DNA from: Octopus sinensis
Lineage: Eukaryota
Assembly: GCF_006345805.1 (NCBI RefSeq)
Contig: NW_021836161.1
Span: 4,973 to 68,972 of the forward strand
Length of the DNA stretch: 64,000 nt
Reading direction: 5' to 3'
Part shown: piece by piece, positions 49,975 to 61,544 of the stretch
How positions within the stretch are numbered: position 1 is the first letter of the stretch
How the letters are laid out: every line of letters starts with the position of its first letter
Notes under the pieces: model-generated
Seen by the model: only the letters and a program-made list of their open reading frames with translations
Databases searched by the model: none
What the model was told of the DNA's origin: nothing
Made by a program: the position numbers and the translations under genes

Positions 49975-52536
49975 GTAATAACGGGAGCTTTATGAAAATA
50001 AACAAAAGACGAAGGCAGGTGGAAAACAAACGAACAATTGTATTAGTATGGCGCTCAGGAATATAAATAAAACAAGTCTTTAACGTTTCGAGCCTACGCT
50101 CTTCAACAGAAAGATACACAGAGAGAGAAAAACACAGAAAGAAGGAGAGAAAAAAAATGCGTGCAGTAGCTAACGAATCAACATGGCGATCTGATTTCGG
50201 CCAGAGGTCAAAGATCAAACATGAGACGCGAGAGCGAAATAAGGGAGATAATAGGTTGATAAATTGGTTGAGGGACCAGCTAAAAGTGCGTGGGAGGGGT
50301 CTGGATGTGTGTATGTATAGGGTTTGGTGTATGTATTAGTATGTATAAGGTGTGTGTGTGTATGAGAGAGTATTAGTGCGTAAGATTGGTCTGGACGTGC
50401 GTATGTATGGGTTGGTGTATGTAATTTAGTATGTATTAGTATGTATTAGTACGTATTGGTATGTATAGGTGGTGTGTGTGTGTGTGAGAGAGTATAAGTG
50501 CGTATGCGGGGTCTGGACGTGTGTAATGTATAGGGTTGGTGTAAGTATTAGTATGTATTAGTACGTATTAGTATGTATTAGTTGGTGGTGTATATTAGTA
50601 TGGCACATCATATGTGATGTGATGTGTAAAGTCATGTGGTTAGTGAGGGAGAAGAGGGGGAGGGGGGAGAAAGGGGGAGAGAAGGGGAGGGGAAGAAGAG
50701 GGGAGAGGAGAAAGGGGAGAGAAGAGGATGGGGAGAAGGAAGGGGATAGGGGATGAAGGAGGAAAGAGGGAGAGGGGGAGAGAGAAGGGGAGAGAGGGAG
50801 TGAGGAGCAGAGGAAGGGGAAAGGGAGGGAGAAGAGGGAAGGGGAGTAGGGGTGAAAGGATGAAGGAGTGGATGATGGGATAGGGTCGATGGTGGGTGCT
50901 AGTGAGGCGGGGTTGTGTTGGAGAGGTAAGGGCAAGTGCGGCAACGTGGGCGGGAGCAGGGAACGAGCCGGGTTGGGAAGTAGGGTCAGGAAGGAGCTAT
51001 GGACCAAAGGTCTCGAAGGTTTGGGCTCGTTGAAAGAGGGGAGGGGTCGGTTAGGGAAGAGGTGTGGAAGTGGACGGGTCGGACTGGAGATGACGGAAAG
51101 CTCGAAGAATGGTGCGTTGGAGACGTAGGGTCGTGGGGTGGTAAGTGATGGGAAAAGGGAGGCGGGAGACTACAGGGCGGGTTCGGGGAGAAGAAGCAGA
51201 TACACGGTCCACGGACCGTGCTCTGGCAAGGGTGGTGTGGTAGTGGTGAGGGGGTATCCACGTAGGGTGAAGTGGTGAGCCATACGTTGAGACTGAGTCT
51301 CAAAGTCATGGTCGTCACTACAGAGCCTACGTAGACGGAGGAATTGGGATAGGGGATGGAAAGCTTGTGTGTTCTGGGTGGGAGGAAGAGAAGTTGAGGT
51401 ATGAGTGTGAGTCTGTGGGTTTGTAGTGAATGGAGGTGGTAAGTGAGTGAAGAATGCTAACCGAAATGTCGAGGAAGGAGACAGAGGTGTTGGAGATAGT
51501 GGAAGTGAATGGAGCTGGATGGAAAGATTGGACGAAAGAGAGGAAGGAATCTAGATGTTCGCGGGAGAGTGAGGTGGCACCGATAATGTCGTCAATATAA
51601 CGACCTATAGTTCAGGATTGGGACCAGTGAAATTAGAGAATATTTGGGCCTCAACATAGCCAACGAACAGGTTCGCATAGTTGGGGCCCATTCGCGTTCC
51701 CATGGCCACTCCCGAGACCTGATGGTAGAACTCGCCCGCGAACGAGAAGCATTTCAGAGTAAGGACAAGTTCGGCCAGACGAATGAGTGTGGAGGTGTCA
51801 GGTACAGGGTTAGAGCGGAGGTCAAGAAAGTGTCGAAGGGCCTCAGTCCCTTCGTGGTGAGGGATAACAGTATAGAGGCTTTGGATGTCCATAGTAAAAA
51901 GGATTTTGGAGGAGCCGGGAGGAAAGGAAAGAAGAGTTGAAAACCGGAGAGCATGGTTGTATCGTGGATGTGGGAGGGAAGAGATGCCACTAGGGGGGTC
52001 AATGACACGGGTCGAGGTATTAGAGATGAGCTCCTGTGGGGCAGTTACAGGCGGAGACGATGGGGCGGCCAGGGTTGTTGGGTTTGTGGATTTTGGGAGG
52101 AAGTAAATGGTGGGGTACGTGGGGTTCGCACAATTAGGTTGGATGCGGTGCGGGGGAGACGGGAGGACGAGATGAGGTCTTGGACAGTAGAGGATACCGT
52201 CTGTTGGTAGCTACGTGTGGGGTTAGAGGGCAGAGGGGAATAGAAGGAGGTGTCATTGAGTTGGCGGAAAGCCTCGGCCCTATAGAGGTCCGCGCGCCAC
52301 ACCACTACAGCTCCACCCTTGTCAGCCGGTTTGATGATATGTCAGCGCGCCGTTGGAGGGAACGAAGAGCCAAGAGCTCAGCCGGGGAGATGTTGAGGCG
52401 GCGTTGGCGCCTGGAGAAGTTGAACCGCTCCAATGCACGCTGACAAGCGCCCGCGAAAAGATCCACTGCTAGGATCTGGCCAGGGGCAGGCGTCCACGGG
52501 GATGGTCGGCGGCCCAGGCCAGTGAAGCAGTCGTCC
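49975..52536 (-). mobile_element. Penelope-like (Neptune-type) retroelement: RT, start of GIY-YIG, 3' terminal repeat with hammerhead (50077-50114)
   Basis: IKPADKGGAVVVW, YFLPKIHKP..PGRPIVS, MDIQSLYTVIPH, YHQVSGVAMGTRMGPNYANLF, RYIDD (51588-51599), IPYSQFLRLRRLCS, CRTCPY; several frameshifts; GC-rich versus flanks. Confidence 0.93.
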
Positions 52537-52569
52537 TATACATATATATATAAATATACATACATACAC

Positions 52570-52600
<31 letters not shown>

Positions 52601-52603
52601 CAC

Positions 52604-52664
<61 letters not shown>

Positions 52665-53720
52665 CAGAGAAAGAGAGAGAGAGATATAGTAAGTTGATGA
52701 GATCCAGAGATTTTGAGCTTAGCAGACTAAGCGGCGCTCGAGTTATTTAAACGTAGACTCCAATGACTTTATGGAGGGTGAATACTTGAGGGTACAGAAT
52801 GGCTGTAATTGGGGTCAAGTTGAGCAAATAGGGAGACACTTATGCGGGTAAACAAATTAAATATATTGCGTATGACAGCTTGGATATCAAAAATAGAATA
52901 TGCGTATGTGTATACATACGAAACGAGAGAAAGCAAAAGGTAGAGGCTTTCAGATGATACCTTTTTGATATTGATTTATAGATATTTATATAAATAGATC
53001 CAACTTACAAACGACAGAGAAATTCAAAGGGGTGGAAGAAAGATGTTATAATCCCACCATCTGTTTCTGAGAGCTTGGAGATCCATGAACGGTGAATGTA
53101 ATTCATCACAATACGCGACCGTAAATGATGCAACCAATATTGGATAGGGCGAGCCTACGTCATTAAGATAAAGATCTTACATTTCAGATCTTAAATCAGA
53201 GAAGTTCAAAGATGGAATGACTAGTTAGAATTATTGGATTTGAGGCCATAGAAGAGAACACTCAACCTCATTCTAGTAATGAAGTTGTTCATTCACTACA
53301 GAAAGAGTTCCATGTAGATATCCCTAGAAGGAATTGGGATATTCTTTATATATGTGCCCAAGAATTGTTTATCTATGAGTGTAATCTAGACAGCTCTAAG
53401 CAAAGTTGAAATCCAGAGACTCTCAGTCAAGAAGGCACTTAGAAGCACTCGCATGATTCAAACTTAGATTCCGATTCCTTTACAGGGAATCAATTCCAAT
53501 GGCTGTAACAGGGATCAAGTTGAGCAAATATGGAGGCAATTATGCGGAAAACAACTTAAATCTATTAAATATAACAGCTTGGGTATGAAACACACTCCCA
53601 CATACACAGACACACATATACACACACACATGTAATGAATGTATGTATGTATTACATGGAAAATGAGAAAAAAAAGTGGAGACTTTCAGATGATGAATAT
53701 TTAAGTATGGATATGATTTG

Positions 53721-53788
<68 letters not shown>

Positions 53789-53898
53789 TATTCATATGAG
53801 GGTGAAAAATTAGATATTAATTTAATAATATCATCAGTTTTAACACCAAGTGGCTTAGCACATAAAAAACCAGGGAGACAATACAAATTTATACTTAT

Positions 53899-54090
53899 AA
53901 TATAAAAGAGTTACCGCTAAGTGGTTAACTCTAGTGCTAAAAAAATAGCTCCTTCTTCTGGTATAGCCACCAAAGTTGTTTCCACCAAGAAATAACTTTA
54001 CCTTCAAGGAAACAACTTTGGTGGCTATACCAGAAGAAGGAGCTATTTTTAGCACTAGAGTTAACCACTTAGCGGTAACTCTTTTATATT
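53899..54090. repeat. Near-perfect 83-bp inverted repeat with 24-nt loop
   Basis: 53899-53983 versus 54008-54090; only difference seen is A7 versus T5. Confidence 0.95.
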
Positions 54091-54094
54091 TAAG

Positions 54095-54190
<96 letters not shown>

Positions 54191-54344
54191 TGCAATGAAT
54201 AGATAGGGTTCAGCTTTCTATGCGGTTGTTGCAGAAGCTCTCAAATGTTACTGCTTGTATGTAACGCATTCTTCCACAAATTCTTGAATAAAGTCAAACA
54301 CGACTATATAATTTTATGTGACAATGATTTCTTATGAAAATGCT

Positions 54345-54665
54345 AATGGTTCAGTGGTTAGCGTGGTGGTCTCACAATCATGAGGTAGTGAGTTCGATTC
54401 CTGGATCAAGCTCTGTGTTGTCTTCTTGAGCAATACAATTTATTTCACGTTTTTTTTTGCAGTTCACTCAGCTGTAGAAAATGAGATGCGACATCACAGG
54501 TGCCCAGCTGTATCTTATCTTTTCTTTTGATAATATCTGCTGCGTGGAGAAGGGAGGCCGGTATGTATGAGCGATTGTTGGTCTTCCATAAAGAAAGTTG
54601 CCCGGACTTGTGCCTTGGATGGTAACTTTGTAGGTGCAGTCCTGTAGTTATTCAGACCGAACGGG
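54345..54665 (+). mobile_element. SINE family D (tRNA head + CORE-like block), old
   Basis: GGTTCAGTGGTTAG...GAGTTCGATTCC...CTTGAGCAA; 3' part matches 24570-24771. Confidence 0.75.
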
Positions 54666-54964
54666 ATATTTACAATGCATATACGAGCAAAAACGTATAT
54701 ACACGGATATCCAAAATAGATTGTTCTCATCATACCGTTTTAAATGCGCGGACATAACTCATTAGTAAGATGGCCACATGGGTAAATCGTAAACTGCGCA
54801 AGACATGTCTCCTAAACGCTTATTTCTGTAAATACGTTAAATGACATAATACTTTTCTTCATTTTCTTCTTTTTTTTTGTAAATAAATCTGTAGGTATTT
54901 GTGATCTCATTGTACACGCATATGCATCTCATCAGGTTGAGCCGTTAATCCCTAGACATATTTT

Positions 54965-55145
54965 ATTGTCACTGTGTTTTTTTTTTTTTTATTTTTTTTG
55001 TTTTCTTTCCATTTTTTTTCCCTCAACCTTTCCGGTCAAAGATCGTCGGCTCGAAATGTCAAAGCCTTTTCATTTCTTACCGAGTGTCATACAGCTGATT
55101 GTTGTTCTCTCTACTGTCTTCGTTTTTCTTTTCTGTAAATCTGAA

Positions 55146-55204
<59 letters not shown>

Positions 55205-55400
55205 AATATGACCGCGTGTGTACAGTTGGCGAATTTTTTTCCTGCGTCTTCCCTTCTCTGGATCTTTCCTTCTATGTTTCCGACGAAGAGCTCCTCTCGA
55301 AACGTTAAACACTCCTTCTTTCCTGAGCGTCCAGTAATACTATATTTGTTCCACATCCTCGCGTTGTTGTGTTTATTTGTGCTTTCTTGTTTGGATTAAC

Positions 55401-55405
<5 letters not shown>
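54965..55405 (+). mobile_element. Two related Penelope-type terminal repeats in tandem, each with a hammerhead-like motif (55028-55064 decayed; 55275-55311 CCGA core)
   Basis: tgttt-CCGACGA-a-GAG ctcct CTC-GAAA-C-GTT-aaaca; downstream TTCCTGAGCG..TAATAC shared with the 34465 and 49975 repeats. Confidence 0.7.
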
Positions 55406-55443
<38 letters not shown>

Positions 55444-56142
55444 TATTATATATGGATGAATAGATAGATAGACATGCATGCATACCAAGATGCATACATA
55501 CGCAAACAAACATGCGTATGTACATATATATAAATTTGTGTGTGTCTCTAGGTATTTGAACGCATTCACACATATACATGTCTCTATGTTTGTATATATT
55601 TACATGACTTCAAAGCATATATGTATTTGTACGTGCGTGGCGTACGAGTGTGGTGTGCGTGCGAAAGCGTACCTGTGGCCTCACGATTATCAAATTATCG
55701 ATGAGTACTGACAGTTATTCAGCTGATTTTCGAACTGATCGCAGTTTCTACTTGTCTGAGTGTGTTTTTCTTGCTGTGATACTTGTTTTAATGGTACTAA
55801 AATAATTAAATTAATTATGTTAATTAATTTGAATTATGGACCTCGTCCAATTTCTAATTATTCATTCGCTCAGTTCATTTTGCTCTCGATTCGTTTCGAT
55901 AGTATCCAAGTGTAAATTATCGACTTCACCGTCGTCATCATCGTCGTCGTAATCATCCTCCTCATCATCATCATCACCGTCATCAACATCGTTATAATCG
56001 GTACCACCGTCGTCTTCACTATCATCGCCATTCAGTCCGTCATCGTCGTCATCTAGAACATTTCAGTACAGAATGCCAATAATAGTTCACATTATCATCA
56101 TCACCACCATCATCACAATCATCATCATCATCATCCTCATCA

Positions 56143-56192
<50 letters not shown>

Positions 56193-57146
56193 TTTGGAAA
56201 TATTCAAAGTCAAAATAAAACTTTTTGGCGAATAATAGATGTAAATACGTTTTGAAGTATTTGGATAATCTCCATAAAATAAAATCTTTCAAAAAAACAA
56301 AAAACAAAAAAGAAAGATATATGAACGAACAAAAGGAAACCAAACTAAATGAATAAAACCAACGTAATATAAAAGAATAAAACAAATAAAACAATATTGG
56401 TCTTGATAAAGATCTGACAATGTAATTATGTAGATGAGAAAAAAAATGTTTCTAACGTTTTACACCCAAGAATAACGGACTCCTGTGTCCTTCGATAAAG
56501 TAATTTGTTTGACCTTTTCTTGCTATCCTTCTGCAAAGAGTTGCGCAATACTGAAGAAAAAGATGAAGAAATTTCGTTGCAGCCTCAACCAATTAAAAGC
56601 GCGTAAACTAAAGATGCCGCATACAACAGACTAAGAAATAATAACTTATGCGTACATATATACATGCATACATACATACTTATACACAGACATGCGCACA
56701 CGGATGCAAATAATGACTGACAGATAAAGGTAATAGCATCTACATCTACACATATACACATGTATATATATATATGTGTGCGTATGTGAATATGCGTTCA
56801 TATATATATATATATCTATATATATATATATATATGCGTACATAGACGTGTACATGTGTGTGTGTATTTATATGTGAATATATATATGTATATATAGGTG
56901 TATGTGTGTGTATATATATATATATATCTATATATATATATATATATGTATATTTCTGGCCTGCTTGCTTAGTCGGCGTGGTGGCGTCATATGAAGGTTA
57001 AAACAATGCGAAGCGCATTGTGACCAGCGATGTGAAGCAACATCTAATAGCCTGGTCGGTCACATGATCATGTGATATATATGTATATTTTACATGTACA
57101 CACACACACGCATATATATATATACACATATATGTATGTCTGTGTG

Positions 57147-57220
<74 letters not shown>

Positions 57221-57919
57221 CACACACATACTTGTGTGTCTCTGTGTGTACAAAGTAAAGACTAATGCCAAATCCATTTTCTGGTTACTTAATCAATTAT
57301 TATTATCTCAACTAACGCTGCGAAATTCCTGAAATAAATCCAACTGCGGCTGACACCAGGTAGCCCTAACCGTGCCAGTGCTTTACTTAACACATTAACA
57401 CCCTAATCGATATATACCCATTAGACAAATATAGAGAAAGAGATAGTCAAATATAGATTGATAGATAGATTGATAGATAGTTAGATAGATAGATAGTTAG
57501 TTAGATAGATAGATAGATAGTCAGATAGATAGATAGATATATGCATACTTACATACATGGATATATAAATATATATGTTGAGTGTATTTACTTTTAAAAT
57601 GATGCAATGAAACAGCCTGTAATAGATGAAAAATAACATTCTGTGCTTGTATCCAATGCACAAATATTTCCATTTATGAGGCATTCATTAACAGATTTAC
57701 CTTCGACTCAACACAGCTTTCTTTTGGACAGATGCATTGTTGTACATCTTGAAACATCCACAGTTTTATATACTATAGTTTATTTCATATGGGCTCTAGG
57801 TTTCCTTGTGCCATGTACTACTTTTACTCGTAAAGTTTTCTTGGTAAACAGCTTATTTTTTTGTTATATATCCATTTACTTAGATTTATTATAAAATATG
57901 GTAGCATTCTGAATGGCAT

Positions 57920-58465
57920 TTTCTTTCCACACGTGACCAACCCTGGGCAAAGTGACTTATCATTTCTTTAAAGTCAGATGCATATGAACGAGAATTGCAC
58001 GTTAACTGAGAAGCTTCTACTAGGATTCCCGAAAAGTTCCTGTAAGTGTATTGGAAAAGGTCTAGTTGGAGGCCCAACTTTCTGTGTTCTTTTACAGAGC
58101 TTAGAAAAACTGAAGGACCGCTGCAGTAAGTATGTGGATCTGAGATGGGAATATGTTGAATAAGGTAATGGATGTACATGTTTGGCGAAATGACTTTGTT
58201 TTCGATGACCTGATAGGAGCCCGTTTAATGTAAATTTATGAATAGCACATCAAGTAAGCATATATGTGTCATCTCTTGTGAAAGGTAGGAGAGTCCAGTT
58301 TGCTGGACATTGTTGTAAAGTTAAAAATGAGGCAATTTCTACTCTTCTCCCCTGGAAGCCATCTACTCGCAATACCAGAGGGCGCACACTCTCCTACCCT
58401 GATGTAACTGATCCTCCTGTATATTCTTTTATCCAAAGCCAAGAGGTTTCAGAAACGCCTCGTGT
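57920..58465 (+). pseudogene. Mariner transposase 3' end and terminal region, interrupted by an RTE fragment
   Basis: SLEKLKDRCSKYVDLRWEYVE* (cf. GI.KL..RW.KC....G.YVE*); terminal-like sequence resumes at 58408. Confidence 0.6.
58164..58407 (+). pseudogene. RTE LINE C-terminal fragment without 3' tail
   Basis: GRRVQFAGHC...RGRTLSYPDV; inverted copy of 58590-58833. Confidence 0.85.
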
Positions 58466-58469
58466 ATGT

Positions 58470-58833
58470 TTCATCATCATCATTGTTCGACCTTGGTCGA
58501 GACAATGGTATTTACCATGCTACGCCATGCATCACGGTCCATCATAGCATTACGGAGGTCCTGTTGCTGGATGCCTGTATCCCTGGAGATTACACCAGGG
58601 TAGGAGAGTGTGCGCCCTCTGGTATTGCGAGTAGATGGCTTCCAGAGGAGAAGAGTAGCAATTGCTTCGTTTTTAACTTTACAACAATGTCCAGCAAACT
58701 GGACTCTCCTACCTTTCACAAGAGATGACACGTATATGTTTACATGATGTGCTATTCATAAATTTACATTAAACGGGCTCCTATCAGGACATCGAAAACA
58801 AAGTCATTTCACTAAATATGTACATCCATTACC
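58470..58833 (-). mobile_element. RTE LINE 3' end with (TGA)n tail
   Basis: ORF 58480-58731 GRRVQFAGHC...RGRTLSYPGVISRD...AMMDRDAWRSMV*. Confidence 0.88.
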
Positions 58834-58929
58834 GCCAGCTTCAATTCGTGGACAGAATTCATTCCTACGTCCTCCTTCAGTTTGTAGATAAATATCAGAC
58901 GGAATCTCTGGACGCTTTCAGGTAAATTG

Positions 58930-59600
58930 ATGTGAGTCCCAGAGTGACTACACGTTTTGACACTGGTTCTTCTAGGTGAGGTATGCAGGGATCTGATATT
59001 AGGAGACATTGTTCTCTGTTCTTATTGGTCACTTTTTGAAGGTTTCCATAAAGATTCTCATTGGTTATCTCCAGCTGCCATTTCGCAATACGAAATGTTC
59101 GTAGCATTCTCGTGTTCTATCTATCTATCTATCCGCTCAGTCGAAGTCGACTCTCGGTCACTCGTTGGATCAGTGTCCTCCAGTCAGTTCTATCCTGGGC
59201 CGCTTCTTTCAGATTGGCTATGTCCATTCCGGTATCACTCTTGATGGTATCAAGCCAGCGGGTTCTTGTTCGGCCTCTTCTTCTCTTGCCACTGACCATT
59301 CCGAGCATGATGTCCTTCTCCAGGGATTTTCTCCACATAATATGACCAATATATGCCAGTCTATGATTGGTGATCCTAGCTTCTAGCGACATTTTCGGCC
59401 TGATCTGCTTAAGAACTTCGCCATTGGTGAGCCTCGCTGTCCATGGAATCCGTAAATGGAATTCTTGTGTATCAGCTGTTTAAAGTATTCTTATCATGTT
59501 TGGTAAGTGTCCATGTTTTGCTGCTATACAAAAGCATTGATTCAGTAGTGTTAAGAAATAGATTGATTTTTGACCCCGTAACAGATTTGGCTTTCCTATT
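58930..59600 (-). pseudogene. Older RTE fragment split by the BovB-like insertion
   Basis: KINLF..TESMLLYSSKTWTLTK...YTR|MLR...ITNENLYGNLQKVT. Confidence 0.8.
59116..59460 (-). mobile_element. BovB-like RTE 3' fragment with (GATA)n tail
   Basis: ORF 59129-59392 SLE...YIGHIM.RKSLEKDIMLGMVSGKRRRGRTRTRWLD...DWRTLIQRVTESRLRLS; TSD ATTCTyGTGT 59106-59115 and 59461-59470. Confidence 0.85.
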
Positions 59601-60659
59601 GTTTTGAATGAGAAAGTTAACGCTATCAACGGGAACAAACATTTGAAATATGAACAATGAGTAAATTTCAGTTGGTACATTTTCACACTAATTCGTATGG
59701 TTAGTGTGATATTGCACGTGTAAGAGGTGTATGCTTCTGACAAGTCCTTCTATCTGCATTATATGCCAATGGTAATCTACCTGATGATTCAAGAAGAAAG
59801 TGAAGACAGAAGAAAGGAGGAGAAAAGGACAAAAAGACGGAGAAAAGGAGAGAAAAAGGAGGGAGAAGAAGAAAAGGAGAAAATAAGAAAATGAGAAGAG
59901 GAAGAAAAGATGAAGAAAAGAAGAAAGAAAGAAGAAAAAAGAAAAGAAAAGGAGAAAAGGAGAAGACGAAGAAAAAGTGACAGTCCATTTCAAATCCCAA
60001 TGATTTTGTTAGAGTGTGTGATAGAACGTCACTTATTACCAAAATATTATGAGCCTTGAGAAAATTCGAATTGATGTAAACGTGTTTCAGTATATATTTT
60101 TTTTTCCTTTTTTATTTTCTTTCGTTTCCATTAGGGATTGACAGGAGATATGAGACAGCAAGTAATATATCCGTTTTTACAATTACCTCACAATATCCAA
60201 TGAACAACTAATATAATCGTTCAAGACAGCTAACTCCTAAATGAGGGTTCTCGGCAAAATGGAATCCGAGATTCGTCTGTCTTCCAAGTACATTTTCTAT
60301 TATGCGTTCCACCATATTTTAAAACGAGAGTATTTACTTATTCATTTTGGAGAAAATCGAACAGAGAAATATTAAAAATTCAAATATGTACACAAATATA
60401 TCGATTTCGTCTGTAAGTGTAGGAGAACCATTCATTTGGAAAATAGAAAATGTGTCTATGTCAGATACTATATAAAACTACTAGATTTAACTGAGAAACA
60501 TTGCTTTTTTTTTCTATTCAAGGATGCCCTCTGCATGAACAATACATATTTTGGCTATATGCAAATGTACATAATATGTATTTTAACTATATGCTAATAT
60601 GCATAAAATATATTTTCACTATATGTTAATATACATAATGTAACCACTAACCCAACAAG

Positions 60660-60693
<34 letters not shown>

Positions 60694-60799
60694 CCGATCA
60701 ATAGCAAAAATTTTAACAGATCTTATAACGAAAACAAAATGTTAGTGCTAACGATAATATAGTAAGCTAAGGGAGGCAAATTTGAAATAAATTGTTTAA

Positions 60800-61290
60800 A
60801 ATCGAAATTGAACCAAATTTGATGTCTGGCACCCGTGCCAGTGGAGCGATAACAGCTCCATCGGAGCGGGATCACTGCCAGAGCAGCTGTCTGGCTTCCG
60901 TGCTGGTGGCACGTAAAAAGCGCCATTTGAGCGTGATCGTTATCTGTGTTGCCTTACTTGCAGTTGTGCCAGTGGCACGTGAACAAAATATTCGAGCGAG
61001 ATCGTTGCCAGTGCCGCTGGACTGACTCCGGTACAGTTAGCACGTAAAAAGCACTATTTGAGCGTGGCCGTTGCCAGTACCGCCAGACTGGCCCTCGTGC
61101 TGGTGGCACGTAAAAGCACCCACTACACTCTCGAAGTGGTTGGCGTTAGGAAGGGCATCCAGCTGTAGAAACTCTGCCAGATCAGATTGGAGCCTGGTGC
61201 AGCCATCTGGTTCGCCAGTCGTCAGTCAAAACGTCCAACCCTTGTTAGCATGGAAAGCGGACGTTAAAGGATGATGGTGATGATGATTAT
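60800..61290 (+). mobile_element. Family E: SINE-like element with about 63-bp internal subrepeats and RTE-type tail
   Basis: GGCACGTAAAAAGC units repeated; GGCGTTAGGAAGGGCATCCAGCTGTAGAAAC; (TGA)n end. Confidence 0.7.
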
Positions 61291-61544
61291 AATGTTTAAA
61301 AGCTGGATTGGGTAACTGTTATGGAAAGTGGTTGTATCTTGGAAAATTTTAGTAAAGATTGTGTAATTCAAAGATGTTGGATCTCATCAGTTACTATTTA
61401 AGTTATGAGCATATATAAAAGATCTGAATTTCAGTATGTGATTTAGAGTGAAAGAAACGTTCGTTTATTGAGCAAATTAAAACAAGGCCATTGAAAAATT
61501 TTGCTTTCTATATCAAATATGTTAGCTACTCATTCCAGTGTATC

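Noticed and set aside
55920-56190. Acidic or poly-Ile coding region
   Set aside because: Cryptic (CAT)n/(TAT)n simple repeat.
556-57332. Dozens of YI/CV/HT-rich ORFs
   Set aside because: They are translations of (TA)n, (TG)n and (TATG)n arrays, which lack stop codons in some frames.
60835-61120. CRISPR-like repeat-spacer array
   Set aside because: Units are homologous along their length (no unique spacers), the context is eukaryotic and there are no cas genes.
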